A DNA stretch of 64,000 nucleotides, taken from Betaproteobacteria bacterium (GTDB lineage Bacteria; Acidobacteriota; Vicinamibacteria; Vicinamibacterales; CAVVIG01). The position numbers and the translations under genes were made by a program. The DNA lies in assembly GCA_050257855.1 (NCBI GenBank), contig JBLMXQ010000040.1, positions 7,059 to 71,058 of the forward strand, read 5' to 3'. How positions within the stretch are numbered: the stretch's first letter is position 1; the number at the start of each line of letters is the position of its first letter. This document shows positions 52,842 through 62,315 of the stretch, piece by piece. The notes below the pieces were generated by a model. The model was not told the origin of the DNA, searched no databases, and saw only the letters and a program-made list of their open reading frames with translations.

Positions 52842-54221
52842 TCACAGATTGACCGCGACCGATTCCAGGTAGTCCGCGATGTGCGTGGGCCAGCCCCGCT
52901 CCTTCGCGATGCGGGCCTGCAGCCCTTCGAGCCCGCTCGGCTCGCCGTGCACGAGGTAGGTGATCGACGGAGGCCGCGTGAAGCCGGAGAGCCAGCGCAT
53001 GATCTCCGCCGCGTCGGCGTGCGCCGACATCGACTCGATGCGATCGATGCGGGCGGCGACGCGGACCATCTGCCCGTGCATCTTGATCTCTCGTGCGCCG
53101 TCCACCAGGAGCCGGCCGCGCGTGCCCGCCGCCTGAAAACCCACGAACAGCACGGTGTTCCGCTCGTCGGGTAACGCCGCCTCGAGATGGTGCAGCACGC
53201 GGCCGCCGGTCGCCATCCCGCTCGCCGCGATGACGATGGCCGGGCCGTGCGAGGCGACGAGCGCCTTGGACTGCTCGACGGAGTCGACGGTCTGGAGGCG
53301 TTCGGTGCAGAACGCACAGACTTCGCGCGCCCCGGAGGTCATCTCGGGATCCAGCTCGCTGGCGCGGGCGCGGTAGAACTTCAGCGCCCCGATGGCCATC
53401 GGGCTGTCGACGTACACCGGCAGCGCCGGAATCCGATGCGCCAGCTCGAGCCGTCTGAGCCAATAGAGCAGTTCCTCGACGCGGCCGATCGCGAACGACG
53501 GGACGATCAGCCGCCCGCCGCGCTGGATCGTGTCGTTGACGACCTTCGCCAGCCGCGAGGCGTCGTCGTCGGCCTCGTGCAGGCGGTCGCCGTACGTCGA
53601 CTCCACCAGGAGCACGTCCGCCTCGGCGATCGGCGACGGATCGGGCAGCACCGGCCGGCCATATCGGCCGAGGTCGCCGCCGAAGAGCAGCGTTTTGCCG
53701 TTGACGTGCAGCCGCGCGTACGCGGACCCGAGCAGATGCCCCGCGTTGACGAAGTCCATCTCGACGCCCGGGACGATCTGAATCGGACGGTCGTAGCCGA
53801 CCGGCTGGAGCCGATCCAGAGCCCGCGCGGCGTCGGCCTCCGTGTACAGGGGAAGCGCCGGTGCGTGCTTCGAGTAGCCGTGGCGATTCGCCTGCCGCGC
53901 GTCCTCCTCCTGGATGCGTGCGGAGTCGGGCAGCACGAGCGTGCAGAGATCGCGCGTGCCCGGCGTGCAATACACGCGTCCTTTGAATCCCTGCGCGACC
54001 AGGCGAGGCAGGTACCCGCAGTGATCGAGATGGGCATGGGTCAGGACCACGGCGTCGATCGTCGAGGGATCGACGGGCAGAGGCGCCCAGTTGCGCAGGC
54101 GGAGTTCCTTCAGTCCCTGGAACAGACCGCAATCCACCAGCACGCGATGCGCGCCGGTGTCGAGCAGGTGCTTGGAGCCGGTGACCGTGCGCGCGGCCCC
54201 GAGGAAGGTCAGCGTCGGCAT
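52842..54221 (-). CDS. MBL-fold beta-CASP family RNA-metabolising hydrolase
   Basis: ATG 54221 gives MPTLTFLGAARTVTGSKHLL...LVDCG...THAHLDHCG (HxHxDH), then beta-CASP motifs ESTYG and a C-terminal SAHAD...VHGE. The longer track start at 54308 would cross the divergent gene's start. Confidence 0.85.
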   Translation of the reverse strand: MPTLTFLGAARTVTGSKHLLDTGAHRVLVDCGLFQGLKELRLRNWAPLPVDPSTIDAVVLTHAHLDHCGYLPRLVAQGFKGRVYCTPGTRDLCTLVLPDSARIQEEDARQANRHGYSKHAPALPLYTEADAARALDRLQPVGYDRPIQIVPGVEMDFVNAGHLLGSAYARLHVNGKTLLFGGDLGRYGRPVLPDPSPIAEADVLLVESTYGDRLHEADDDASRLAKVVNDTIQRGGRLIVPSFAIGRVEELLYWLRRLELAHRIPALPVYVDSPMAIGALKFYRARASELDPEMTSGAREVCAFCTERLQTVDSVEQSKALVASHGPAIVIAASGMATGGRVLHHLEAALPDERNTVLFVGFQAAGTRGRLLVDGAREIKMHGQMVRVAARIDRIESMSAHADAAEIMRWLSGFTRPPSITYLVHGEPSGLEGLQARIAKERGWPTHIADYLESVAVNL

Positions 54222-54227
54222 CTGATG

Positions 54228-54235
54228 ACTATACT
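54228..54235. promoter_or_regulatory. Overlapping divergent -10 candidates for the beta-CASP (leaderless) and DPP-IV genes
   Basis: Minus strand TATAGT (54233-54228) ends 6 nt before ATG 54221, so the predicted TSS is about at the A of the ATG. Plus strand TATACT (54230-54235). The DPP-IV gene has AAGGAG (54285-54290) 8 nt before ATG 54299. Confidence 0.4.
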
Positions 54236-54298
54236 GGATGGGCGCGTCCTTCGTATTCATCGTGGGCGCGTGACGCCAGGCGTCGAAGGAGATCGTTG

Positions 54299-56530
54299 AT
54301 GCGCGCATCCCGCGGACGTCTTTGCCTGCCGATCGTCCTGCTGCTCGCGACAGCCGCGTCCGCCCAGCAGAAGCAGCTCACCATCGACGACATCTACGAT
54401 CCGCAGGCGAAGATCGCCTTCGGCGGCCACCCGGCAGGCGGATTCGTGTGGATTGACGGCTCGCACTACGCGTGGCCGCGGACCACCGACCCGGACGTCC
54501 CGACCGCGCCGGTCGACTGGATGCGCGTGGACGCGGCGACCGGCGCGGCCGGCGCGCTGTTCGACGCCGCGAAGATGCAGGCGGCGCTCGCGCAGCAGCC
54601 CGGCGTCGGGTCGGACGAGGCCGGGCGGATCGCGCACAGCCGGACCCTCGTCTTCGACGGCCGGTTCACGGAAGCGCTCGCGACGATAGCCGGCGATCTG
54701 TACGTCTACACGTTCGCGGCCGACCGCGCCGCGCGCCTCACCTACGCGCCGGGCGAGGAGCTGCTGGCCTCGTTCAGCCCGGACGGCCGGCTCGTCGCGT
54801 TCGTCCGCGACAACAACCTGTTCGTCGTCGACGTGGCGACGGGGCGCGAGAACGCGCTGACGACCGATGGCACCGGCCTCGTCCTGAACGGCCGTCTCGA
54901 CTGGGTCTACGAGGAGGAAATCTACGGGCGCGGCAAGAATCGCGCGTACTGGTGGAGTCCCGACTCCTCGCGGATCGCCTTCCTGCAGATCGACGATCGA
55001 CCGGTCCCGGACTTCGTGACCGTCGACGACATTCCCTACGATCCCGACGTCGAACACTGGAGGTATCCGCGGGCCGGCGACCCGAATCCGATCGCGAAGC
55101 TCGGCGTGGTGCGCGTGGCCGGCGGCGGCCCTCGGTGGATCGACACGTCGCGCTACTCCGCGTCGGATCATCTCATCGTCAGCGTCGAATGGACGCCGGA
55201 CAGCGCGCGGATCGCCTACGCCGTGCAGAACCGGACGCAGACATGGCTCGACCTGAATGTCGCCGACGCGCAGTCGGGCGACGGCCATGCGATTCTGCGG
55301 GAGACCAGCCGCACCTGGGTCGATTCGAACGACCTCGACCCGCCGCACTGGCTCAAGGACGGATCGTTCCTCTGGCTGAGCGAGCGTTCCGGGTGGAAGC
55401 ACCTCTATCACTACGGAGCCGACGGAAGGCTCATCAAGCAGGTGACCGACGGCCGCTGGGAGCTTCGCGATCTCCACGGCATCGACGAGTCGAGCGGCTG
55501 GATCTATTTCGCCGGCACGGAGCGCAGCCCGATCGGCGTCGACGTGTACCGGATCCGGCTGGACGGCACCGGGATGGAGCGTCTGTCGAAGGACGAGGGG
55601 ACGCACGCAGCCGTCTTCAGTCCGACGTTCGCGTACTACATCGATCGCTGGAGCGACGCGTCCACGCCTCCGCAGGTCCGGCTGCACGCCAGCGACGGCC
55701 GCGAGATCCGCGTCGTCGACGCCAACAAGGTGCCGGCGCTCGCCGCGTACCGGCTGTCGAAGCCGGAGTTCCTGCACGTCACCACGCGGGACGGCTTCGT
55801 GATGGAGGCGGAGATGATCAAGCCGCCCGACTTCGATCCGTCGCGCCGGTACCCGGTGTACCAGTTCACGTACGGCGGCCCCCACGCCCCGATGGTGCGC
55901 AATGCGTGGGGCGGCGAGTCGTACATGTACCACCAGCTCCTCGCTCAGCACGGGATCATCGTCTGGATCTGCGACAACCGGACCGCGAGCGGGAAGGGCA
56001 TCGAGTCGACGTGGCCGCTGTACCGGCATTTCGGCGATCTGGAGCTGCGGGACATCGAGGACGGACTGGGCTGGCTGAAACAGCAGCCGTACGTCGACGG
56101 CTCGCGCATCGGGATCCACGGCTGGAGCTACGGCGGGTTCATGACCAGCTACGCGCTCACGCACAGCACGAGCTTCGTGATGGGCATCGCGGGCGGCACG
56201 GTTGCCGACTGGCGCGACTACGACAGCGTCTACACGGAGCGCTACATGGGGCTGCCGCAGGAGAATCCTGACGGCTACCGGAACAGCTCGCCGCGGTGGG
56301 CGGCCCAGAAGCTGCACGGAGACCTGCTGCTGATCCACGGCGTCATCGACGACAACGTGCACGTGCAGAACACACTGCAGTTCGCCTACGAGCTGCAGAA
56401 GGCGCAGAAACCGCTCCGCCTGATGCTCTACCCGAAGTCGCGGCACGGCGTGACCGATCCGCTGCTCGTCAAACAGATGCGGACGATGATGCTGGATTTC
56501 ACGCTGCGGCACCTGCAGCCGTCGGAGTGA
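54299..56530 (+). CDS. Secreted dipeptidyl-peptidase IV (S9B prolyl oligopeptidase family)
   Basis: Signal MRASRGRLCLPIVLLLATAASAQQ; beta-propeller motif LDWVYEEEIYG; catalytic GWSYGG, a later Asp region and HGVIDDNVH. The track start 54296 is TTG, so I use the adjacent ATG 54299. Confidence 0.9.
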   Translation: MRASRGRLCLPIVLLLATAASAQQKQLTIDDIYDPQAKIAFGGHPAGGFVWIDGSHYAWPRTTDPDVPTAPVDWMRVDAATGAAGALFDAAKMQAALAQQPGVGSDEAGRIAHSRTLVFDGRFTEALATIAGDLYVYTFAADRAARLTYAPGEELLASFSPDGRLVAFVRDNNLFVVDVATGRENALTTDGTGLVLNGRLDWVYEEEIYGRGKNRAYWWSPDSSRIAFLQIDDRPVPDFVTVDDIPYDPDVEHWRYPRAGDPNPIAKLGVVRVAGGGPRWIDTSRYSASDHLIVSVEWTPDSARIAYAVQNRTQTWLDLNVADAQSGDGHAILRETSRTWVDSNDLDPPHWLKDGSFLWLSERSGWKHLYHYGADGRLIKQVTDGRWELRDLHGIDESSGWIYFAGTERSPIGVDVYRIRLDGTGMERLSKDEGTHAAVFSPTFAYYIDRWSDASTPPQVRLHASDGREIRVVDANKVPALAAYRLSKPEFLHVTTRDGFVMEAEMIKPPDFDPSRRYPVYQFTYGGPHAPMVRNAWGGESYMYHQLLAQHGIIVWICDNRTASGKGIESTWPLYRHFGDLELRDIEDGLGWLKQQPYVDGSRIGIHGWSYGGFMTSYALTHSTSFVMGIAGGTVADWRDYDSVYTERYMGLPQENPDGYRNSSPRWAAQKLHGDLLLIHGVIDDNVHVQNTLQFAYELQKAQKPLRLMLYPKSRHGVTDPLLVKQMRTMMLDFTLRHLQPSE

Positions 56531-57360
56531 TGGATCTTCATCGCCTGGTCGATCGGCACTACGGCGGCGTGGACCTTCGCGCGCGCATCCTCGACCGGCT
56601 GCGCGAGGGGGGCAGGGATCTGCGGGCGCTGACACGCGACGATCTGGCGGAGTTCGACGAGCTGCACACGGGCGGCCGTCCGTCCACCCGTGCGCTGGCG
56701 ACGCTCGCCGGCCTCCGGCCCGGCGCCCGCGTCCTCGATGTCGGCAGCGGAGTCGGCGGCCCGGCCCGGACGATTGCGGCTGAATTCGGCTGCGCGGTCG
56801 TCGGCATCGACCTGACCGACGAATTCTGCCGCGCGGCGGTGATGCTGACCGGACTCGTCGGCCTGTCCGACCGCGTGGTCTTCGTCCGCGGCACGGCGAT
56901 CGCGCTGCCCTTCCGCACCGGCGCCTTCGATGCGGCCTGGTCGCAGAACGCCATCATGAACGTCGACGACAAGGCGGCGGTCTTCCGCGAGGTTCGCCGC
57001 GTGCTCGCCCCGGGCGGCGTCTTCGCGCTCGAGGTCGCGCTCGCCGGTCCGGTGGCGGCGCCGCACTACCCGACGTTCTGGGCCTCGTCTCCCGCATTCA
57101 GCTTCCTCGTGACACCGGCGGAACTCCGTGCGCACCTGGCCGCAGCCGGATGGCGCGAAGCGGTGTGGGACGACACGACCGCGGAAGTGCTCGCCCGGTC
57201 GCGCGCGCGCCGCGATGCCGCCGCTGGCGGCGATGCCCCGCCGCTCGGGCGGTCGGTCGTCATCGTCGAAGACCTGGAAGCGAAGATCGAGAACGGGTTC
57301 CGCAACCTCGACGAGGGCCGCGTGGTTACCGCGAGGCTCGTGCTCCGGGCGAACCGGTGA
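56530..57360 (+). CDS. Class I SAM-dependent methyltransferase
   Basis: ATG shares one base with the upstream TGA (TGATG). Motif I is VLDVGSGVGGPAR, followed by an acidic loop GIDLT and post-I/II motifs. Confidence 0.8.
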   Translation: MDLHRLVDRHYGGVDLRARILDRLREGGRDLRALTRDDLAEFDELHTGGRPSTRALATLAGLRPGARVLDVGSGVGGPARTIAAEFGCAVVGIDLTDEFCRAAVMLTGLVGLSDRVVFVRGTAIALPFRTGAFDAAWSQNAIMNVDDKAAVFREVRRVLAPGGVFALEVALAGPVAAPHYPTFWASSPAFSFLVTPAELRAHLAAAGWREAVWDDTTAEVLARSRARRDAAAGGDAPPLGRSVVIVEDLEAKIENGFRNLDEGRVVTARLVLRANR

Positions 57361-57382
57361 GGCCGGCGCAGGCCCGTCGCGC

Positions 57383-58363
57383 TCACGCAAACAGCCCGAC
57401 CTGCCCGCCCGTGTGCCAGAAGAGAACCGTTTCCCTGTCCGTGAACCGCTGCCGGCGCACGTAGGCCACGAGACCGGCCATGGCCTTGCCCGTGTAGGTC
57501 GGATCGAGGAACAGCGCCTCGGTCCGCGCGGCGATCTGGATGGCCTCGCGCGACGCCTCCGTCGGCACGCCGTAGCCTCCGCCGACGAACCGGTCGTCGA
57601 CCTCGATGGCGGTGCCGCGCGCGAGCAGGCCATCCGGCGCCTGCAGCAGCTCGCCGACGCCTTCGACGATCGTCCGCACGGTCGCCTGAATCGCAGCGGC
57701 CGGATCGTCGGCGCTGACGCCGACGATCCTGGTGTGGAGTCCGAGCAGCCGGGCGGCCGCGACGAGCCCCGCCTGCGTGCCGCCGGACGAGGTGGCGTGA
57801 ACGATCACGTCCGGCGGCGGAATCTGATCGAGGAGCTCCAGCATCGCGTGGACGAAGCCGAGCGCGCCGAGCGGCGTCGACGCGCCGATCGGAACGACGA
57901 ACGGGCGCCGTCCGTCCGCGCTGAGGCGCGACGCGAGCTCGACCATCTTCGGACCGCGATCGTCGCGTGACTCGACGTACACGATCTCGGCGCCGAGGAG
58001 CGCGTCGAGGAGCGCGTTGGCCGTCTGCCTCTCCGGCGGCGCGCCGTTGGCGACGAGCACCGCGCGCATGCCGAGCCTCGCCGCAGCGGCCGCGGTGACG
58101 CGCGCGTGATTCGACTGCACGCCGCCGGCGGTGATCAGCGTGTCGGCACCCTCCGCCTGCGCGCGGGCCGCGACGAACGACAGCTTGCGGACCTTGTTGC
58201 CTCCGAATGCGAACGGCAGCGCATCGTCGCGCTTGACGAGGAGGCGAGGCCCGCCGCCGACGAGCGCGGAGAGGCGGAGCAGCGGATCGACCGGGCTGGG
58301 CTGAGGCGACAGCGGAACGGTCGCGAACCGCGCAAGCGCTTCGCGCAGGGAGTGGCGATTCAC
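57383..58363 (-). CDS. D-cysteine desulfhydrase / ACC deaminase family PLP enzyme
   Basis: GTG start. LLVKRDDALPFAFGGNKVRKLSF (PLP-lysine), GGVQSNHARVTAAAAA, and a C-terminal FLDPTYTGKAM...WHTGG. Confidence 0.85.
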   Translation of the reverse strand: MNRHSLREALARFATVPLSPQPSPVDPLLRLSALVGGGPRLLVKRDDALPFAFGGNKVRKLSFVAARAQAEGADTLITAGGVQSNHARVTAAAAARLGMRAVLVANGAPPERQTANALLDALLGAEIVYVESRDDRGPKMVELASRLSADGRRPFVVPIGASTPLGALGFVHAMLELLDQIPPPDVIVHATSSGGTQAGLVAAARLLGLHTRIVGVSADDPAAAIQATVRTIVEGVGELLQAPDGLLARGTAIEVDDRFVGGGYGVPTEASREAIQIAARTEALFLDPTYTGKAMAGLVAYVRRQRFTDRETVLFWHTGGQVGLFA

Positions 58364-58415
58364 TTGTCCTCACTCACGTGTCCGAACGCTCGCATGACCG
58401 CGGGCGCCCGCATTG

Positions 58416-58421
58416 TATAGT
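58416..58421 (+). promoter_or_regulatory. Candidate -10 box (TATAGT) upstream of the MTHFR-like gene
   Basis: ttgTATAGT lies 14 nt upstream of ATG 58436, with no obvious Shine-Dalgarno sequence. Confidence 0.3.
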
Positions 58422-58435
58422 AGCGACTGCGGCTG

Positions 58436-59296
58436 ATGGCACCAGCTGATCTGATTACGGCGCTGCGATCGGGCGAGTCGGTGTTCGCTGCCGAGCTGCG
58501 GCCGCCGCGGGCGGAGCTCGCGCTGGGCGAGGGCATGGACGCGTGGATCGACACGTATCACGCCGTTCGCCGCCTGACGCGCCAGGGAACGTTCGTGTTC
58601 CTCACCGACAGCGCGGTCGGGGCGCGGGAAGAGGACAACCTGCGCCACCTGGTGATCAACCTCGGCAGGGACGTCCCCCGCGAGCGGATCGTGCCGTTCC
58701 TGACGGCCAAGCACCCGCTGGACTACTGCCTGTCGTACGCGGAGCGCGCGCACCAGAGCGGCTTTCCGGCCCTCGTGGTTCTCGGCGGCGACCGGACCGT
58801 GGGCGCGCCGCGCTCGGTCGAGCACGCGTGGCAGCTCCGCGAGATGCTGCGCGCGCGCGATCACGGGCTCGTCCTCGGCGGCTGGGCGAATCCGCACGCC
58901 GACCCCGAGCGGCAGGTCGATTTCCTCTCGGCCCATACCTTCAACGCCGAGTTCTTCCTGACTCAGGTCGTCAGCCACCACGACCTGAAGAGCGTGTCGC
59001 GCTTCGTCGCCGCCGCCGAGCGCCGCGGCGTCACGCTGCCCGGCGTCTTCGGCGTGTTCTTCTATCGCAGCGCGAACCCCAGGACGCTGGATCTCCTGCG
59101 GCAGTTCCTGCCGGTGCCGGCCGAGGCGCTCGCGCGGGAGTTCGCCGCCGGGGCGACACCCGAAGACGTCTGCGCCCGCTCCATCCGCGGGCTGCTCGAC
59201 GCCGGCGCGCGGCACTTCTACATCAGCAACCTGCCAATCGGCCGGGCCCAGACGGTCCTGACGGACATCCTGCAGCGCGTGGGAGTCACCGCATGA
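58436..59296 (+). CDS. Methylenetetrahydrofolate reductase (MetF/MTHFR)-like TIM-barrel protein, divergent
   Basis: Colinear resemblance to MetF blocks: FAAELRPPR (compare FSFEFFPPR), PFLTAKH (PHLTC), VVLGGD (ALRGD), FFLTQVV (ITQFFFD), and HFYISNL (HFYTLN). The call comes from manual comparison with my memory of E. coli MetF. Confidence 0.6.
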   Translation: MAPADLITALRSGESVFAAELRPPRAELALGEGMDAWIDTYHAVRRLTRQGTFVFLTDSAVGAREEDNLRHLVINLGRDVPRERIVPFLTAKHPLDYCLSYAERAHQSGFPALVVLGGDRTVGAPRSVEHAWQLREMLRARDHGLVLGGWANPHADPERQVDFLSAHTFNAEFFLTQVVSHHDLKSVSRFVAAAERRGVTLPGVFGVFFYRSANPRTLDLLRQFLPVPAEALAREFAAGATPEDVCARSIRGLLDAGARHFYISNLPIGRAQTVLTDILQRVGVTA

Positions 59297-59386
59297 TCGG
59301 GCGATTCGCGGGCCGGACCCTGCCCGCAGCCGCGCTCGTCGCGGAGGATGTAGCGGATTATTTTGCGTTCAGATAGCATTTGAGTC

Positions 59387-60571
59387 ATGGCGTCGTTTCT
59401 GGACAGCGTCCCCTTCTCCGGCATCATTCGCATCCGCGACATGATGTACACCGTCGAGAACCCCTATCGCCTCGATCAGGGCGACGTCAGCTTCGACGCG
59501 CCCGACACGGTCAAGCAGGCGTTGATCCGCGCCGTCGAGGAGAACCGGACGCATTACCTGCAGACCAACGGCGTGCCGCGCCTGCGCGAGCTCATCGCGC
59601 GGAAGCTGCGCGAGAAGAACGGCATCCCGGTCGAGGATCCGGACGACGTGCTCGTCACGACGGGCGGCATCCACGGCGTCTACATGCTCGCTCACGCCCT
59701 GCTCGAGCCGGGCGACGAGGTGCTCATCCCCGACCCGGAGTGGCCGCCGTGCGCCGGCAACATCATGACGGCGAGAGGCGTCCCCGTCGGGGTGCCGCTC
59801 CACGAGTCGCTCGAGTGGCGCTACGACCTCGACGAGCTCGAGCGCCTGATCACCCCGCGCACGCGCGTCCTCTACATCAACTCGCCGAACAACCCGACCG
59901 GCGGCGTGCTCCGGCGCGTGGATCTGGAGCGGATCGCCGACATCGCCCGCGAGCGCGACCTCTGGGTGATCTCGGACGAGGCGTACGAAGACGTCGTGTT
60001 CGAAGGCGAGCACATCAGCATCGCGTCGCTCCCGGGGATGTACGAGCGGACGGTTCCGCTCTACACGTTCAGCAAGTCGTATGCGATGACCGGGCTGCGT
60101 CTCGGGTATATCGCGATCCGCGACGCGACCATCCGCGAGCGCGCGAAGAAGATCCTGCTCTACACCGCCAGCAACGTCTCGTCGATCGTGCAGTTCGGCG
60201 GCATCGGGGCGCTCGAGGGCTCGCAGGCGTGCATCGCCGGGTTCCGGCAGGAGCTGGCCCGCCGGCGCGACCTGTTCTACGAGGGCATCAACGACGTTGC
60301 GCACGGCGTGCTGACGGGGAACCCGCCGCACGGCGCCTTCTACGCGTTCCTGCGAATCGATCCGTCGTGGCCCGAGGGCGATCTGACGAACAAATCGCTT
60401 TCGTGGCGCATGGCGGAGTACCTCATCAGGCACGGCCGGATCGGCTGCGTGCCGGGCGCCGACTTCGGATCACGGGGCGAGGGCTACATCCGCTTCTGCT
60501 TCGCGCGCGACCCGAAGGACATCAGCGGCGCGCTCGACTCGATGCGGCAGCTCTTCGGCGTCACGGTCTGA
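59387..60571 (+). CDS. Class I PLP-dependent aminotransferase (aspartate/aromatic-type)
   Basis: LDQGDVSFDAP, NSPNNPTGGV, FSKSYAMTGLRLGY (PLP-lysine), and IRFCFA at the C-terminus. Confidence 0.88.
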   Translation: MASFLDSVPFSGIIRIRDMMYTVENPYRLDQGDVSFDAPDTVKQALIRAVEENRTHYLQTNGVPRLRELIARKLREKNGIPVEDPDDVLVTTGGIHGVYMLAHALLEPGDEVLIPDPEWPPCAGNIMTARGVPVGVPLHESLEWRYDLDELERLITPRTRVLYINSPNNPTGGVLRRVDLERIADIARERDLWVISDEAYEDVVFEGEHISIASLPGMYERTVPLYTFSKSYAMTGLRLGYIAIRDATIRERAKKILLYTASNVSSIVQFGGIGALEGSQACIAGFRQELARRRDLFYEGINDVAHGVLTGNPPHGAFYAFLRIDPSWPEGDLTNKSLSWRMAEYLIRHGRIGCVPGADFGSRGEGYIRFCFARDPKDISGALDSMRQLFGVTV

Positions 60572-60607
60572 TCGACGCCCGGCGGGACCCGGGAACGGCC
60601 CGGCACA

Positions 60608-62305
60608 CTACTCCTCCGGCGGAACGATCGGCAGGCAGACCGTGGCGGCGGTGCCCTGGCCGGACGCGCTCGTCAGCCATACGAATCCGCCGCTCTGCTT
60701 CACGATCCCGTACACCGTGGACAGGCCGAGGCCGGTGCCCTTGCCGACCGGCTTCGTCGTGAAGAACGGCTCGAATGCGCGGGCGCACGTCGCCTCGTCC
60801 ATCCCCACGCCGGTGTCCCGCACCGTAATCGAGACGTAGCGGCCGGGCTGCACGTACGCGTGCTCGCCGCGGTCGGCGGCCGTGAGGATCCGGTTGCCCG
60901 TGCTGAGCGTCACCGTGCCGCCGTCCGGCATGGCGTCGCCCGCGTTGATCACGAGGTTCACGATCACCTGATCGAGCTGGCCCGGATCGACCCGAACCTG
61001 CGGAATGCCGGGATCGAGATCCAGCACCAGAACGATGTTCTCGCGCGTGAGCCGCCGCAGCATCGAATGGATGCCCCTCAGCGCCCCGTTGACGTCGAGC
61101 GTCCGGGGCTGGAGCACCTGCCGACGCGAGAACGCCAGCAGTTGGTGCGTGAGGGTCGCGGCGTGCTGCGCCGCTTTTCGCAGCTCCTCCAGCGGATCGC
61201 CGGACGCGGCCGGCGGCGCGGCACGTTCCAGCTGGAGCAGCTCCGAGCAGCCGATGATGACGGTCAGCAGGTTGTTGAAATCGTGCGCGATGCCGCCGGC
61301 GAGCTGTCCGATCGCCTCGAGCCGCTGCGCCTGCTGCAGCCGCTGGTCGAGCGCCCGTTCCGCGGTGCGGTCGACGATGAACCCGGTGAGCTTGACCAGC
61401 TCGCCGCGGTCGTTGAACGTGCCGACGACGTTCTCCGACACCGTGAGCGGTTGGCCGTCGCGGCGCCGAATCGTGAGCTCGAATCCGGTCAACCGCCTGT
61501 TGACGCGCAACGCGTTGAGGAAGCGCTCTCGTTCGGCGGCGTCCGTGTAGAAGCTCGACGCCGGCGCGTTCAGTGCCTCTTCGACCGAGCCGAGTCCGAG
61601 CAGCTCCGCGAACGGCCGGTTGCACGCCAGGACGCGGCCGTCCGGGGTGCTGACGAAGTTGGCGCTGATCGTCTGCTCGAACAGATCGCGCGCTTCCGCG
61701 TACAGACGCGCGTTCTCCAGTGCGAGCCCGATGCGGTGGCCGACGTCCTGCGCCCAGGCCATGTCGTCTTCCTCGAACGGCGCGCGCCGCCGGCTCCGCG
61801 CCAGCGTGAAGGCGCCGACCGTCGCCTGGCGCGCCTTGAGCGGCACCGTGACCCAGGAGCAAAGATCGACGAATTTCGCCAGTTCCCGCAGGTGGGGCGC
61901 CTGACGCGCCAGGATCTCGGGCGTCATCGGGCCGGCGAGTTCGCCCTTGCCGCTGCGGATCACGCGGGCCGGGCCGCTGGCTCCTTCGGGATCGAACTGG
62001 AACTCCGAGAACCTGCGGACGAGCTCGCGTTCCATCTCCGGATCGGCGTGCACCAGCGCGGCACGGCGCGGTCCCTGGTCGTCGACCAGGTGCAGCGCGC
62101 ACCAGTCGGCGAAGGTCGGCACGAACAGGCGGATCGCGTCCGGCAGAACCGCTTCGACGTCGAGCGATTCGGCGAGCACGCCGGTAACCTGCGCGGTAAC
62201 GGCCCATCGCGCCGCCCTCTCGGCGGCGGCGGCGTTGCGGCGCACGAGAACGGCGATCGCGACCGCTTCGGCCGCGGCGACCGCCACGAGCAGTCCGATC
62301 AGCAT
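60608..62305 (-). CDS. Sensor histidine kinase (TM - GAF - PAS - HisKA - HATPase_c)
   Basis: N-terminal TM MLIGLLVAVAAAEAVAIAVLV. GAF-like region ending IGLALENARLY. PAS-like FVSTPDGRVLACN. H-box LAGGIAHDFNNLL. N, G1 and G2 boxes NLVINAGDAM, DTGVGM and GKGTGLGLS. No response regulator lies nearby. Confidence 0.88.
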   Translation of the reverse strand: MLIGLLVAVAAAEAVAIAVLVRRNAAAAERAARWAVTAQVTGVLAESLDVEAVLPDAIRLFVPTFADWCALHLVDDQGPRRAALVHADPEMERELVRRFSEFQFDPEGASGPARVIRSGKGELAGPMTPEILARQAPHLRELAKFVDLCSWVTVPLKARQATVGAFTLARSRRRAPFEEDDMAWAQDVGHRIGLALENARLYAEARDLFEQTISANFVSTPDGRVLACNRPFAELLGLGSVEEALNAPASSFYTDAAERERFLNALRVNRRLTGFELTIRRRDGQPLTVSENVVGTFNDRGELVKLTGFIVDRTAERALDQRLQQAQRLEAIGQLAGGIAHDFNNLLTVIIGCSELLQLERAAPPAASGDPLEELRKAAQHAATLTHQLLAFSRRQVLQPRTLDVNGALRGIHSMLRRLTRENIVLVLDLDPGIPQVRVDPGQLDQVIVNLVINAGDAMPDGGTVTLSTGNRILTAADRGEHAYVQPGRYVSITVRDTGVGMDEATCARAFEPFFTTKPVGKGTGLGLSTVYGIVKQSGGFVWLTSASGQGTAATVCLPIVPPEE

Positions 62306-62315
62306 CGACCCGGCG

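Noticed and set aside
54272-54284. The 13-bp palindrome GACGCC-A-GGCGTC upstream of the DPP-IV gene as an operator.
   Set aside because: It is short and wholly GC-rich, so a chance occurrence is likely at this base composition. It has no adjacent regulator gene and no second copy in the window.
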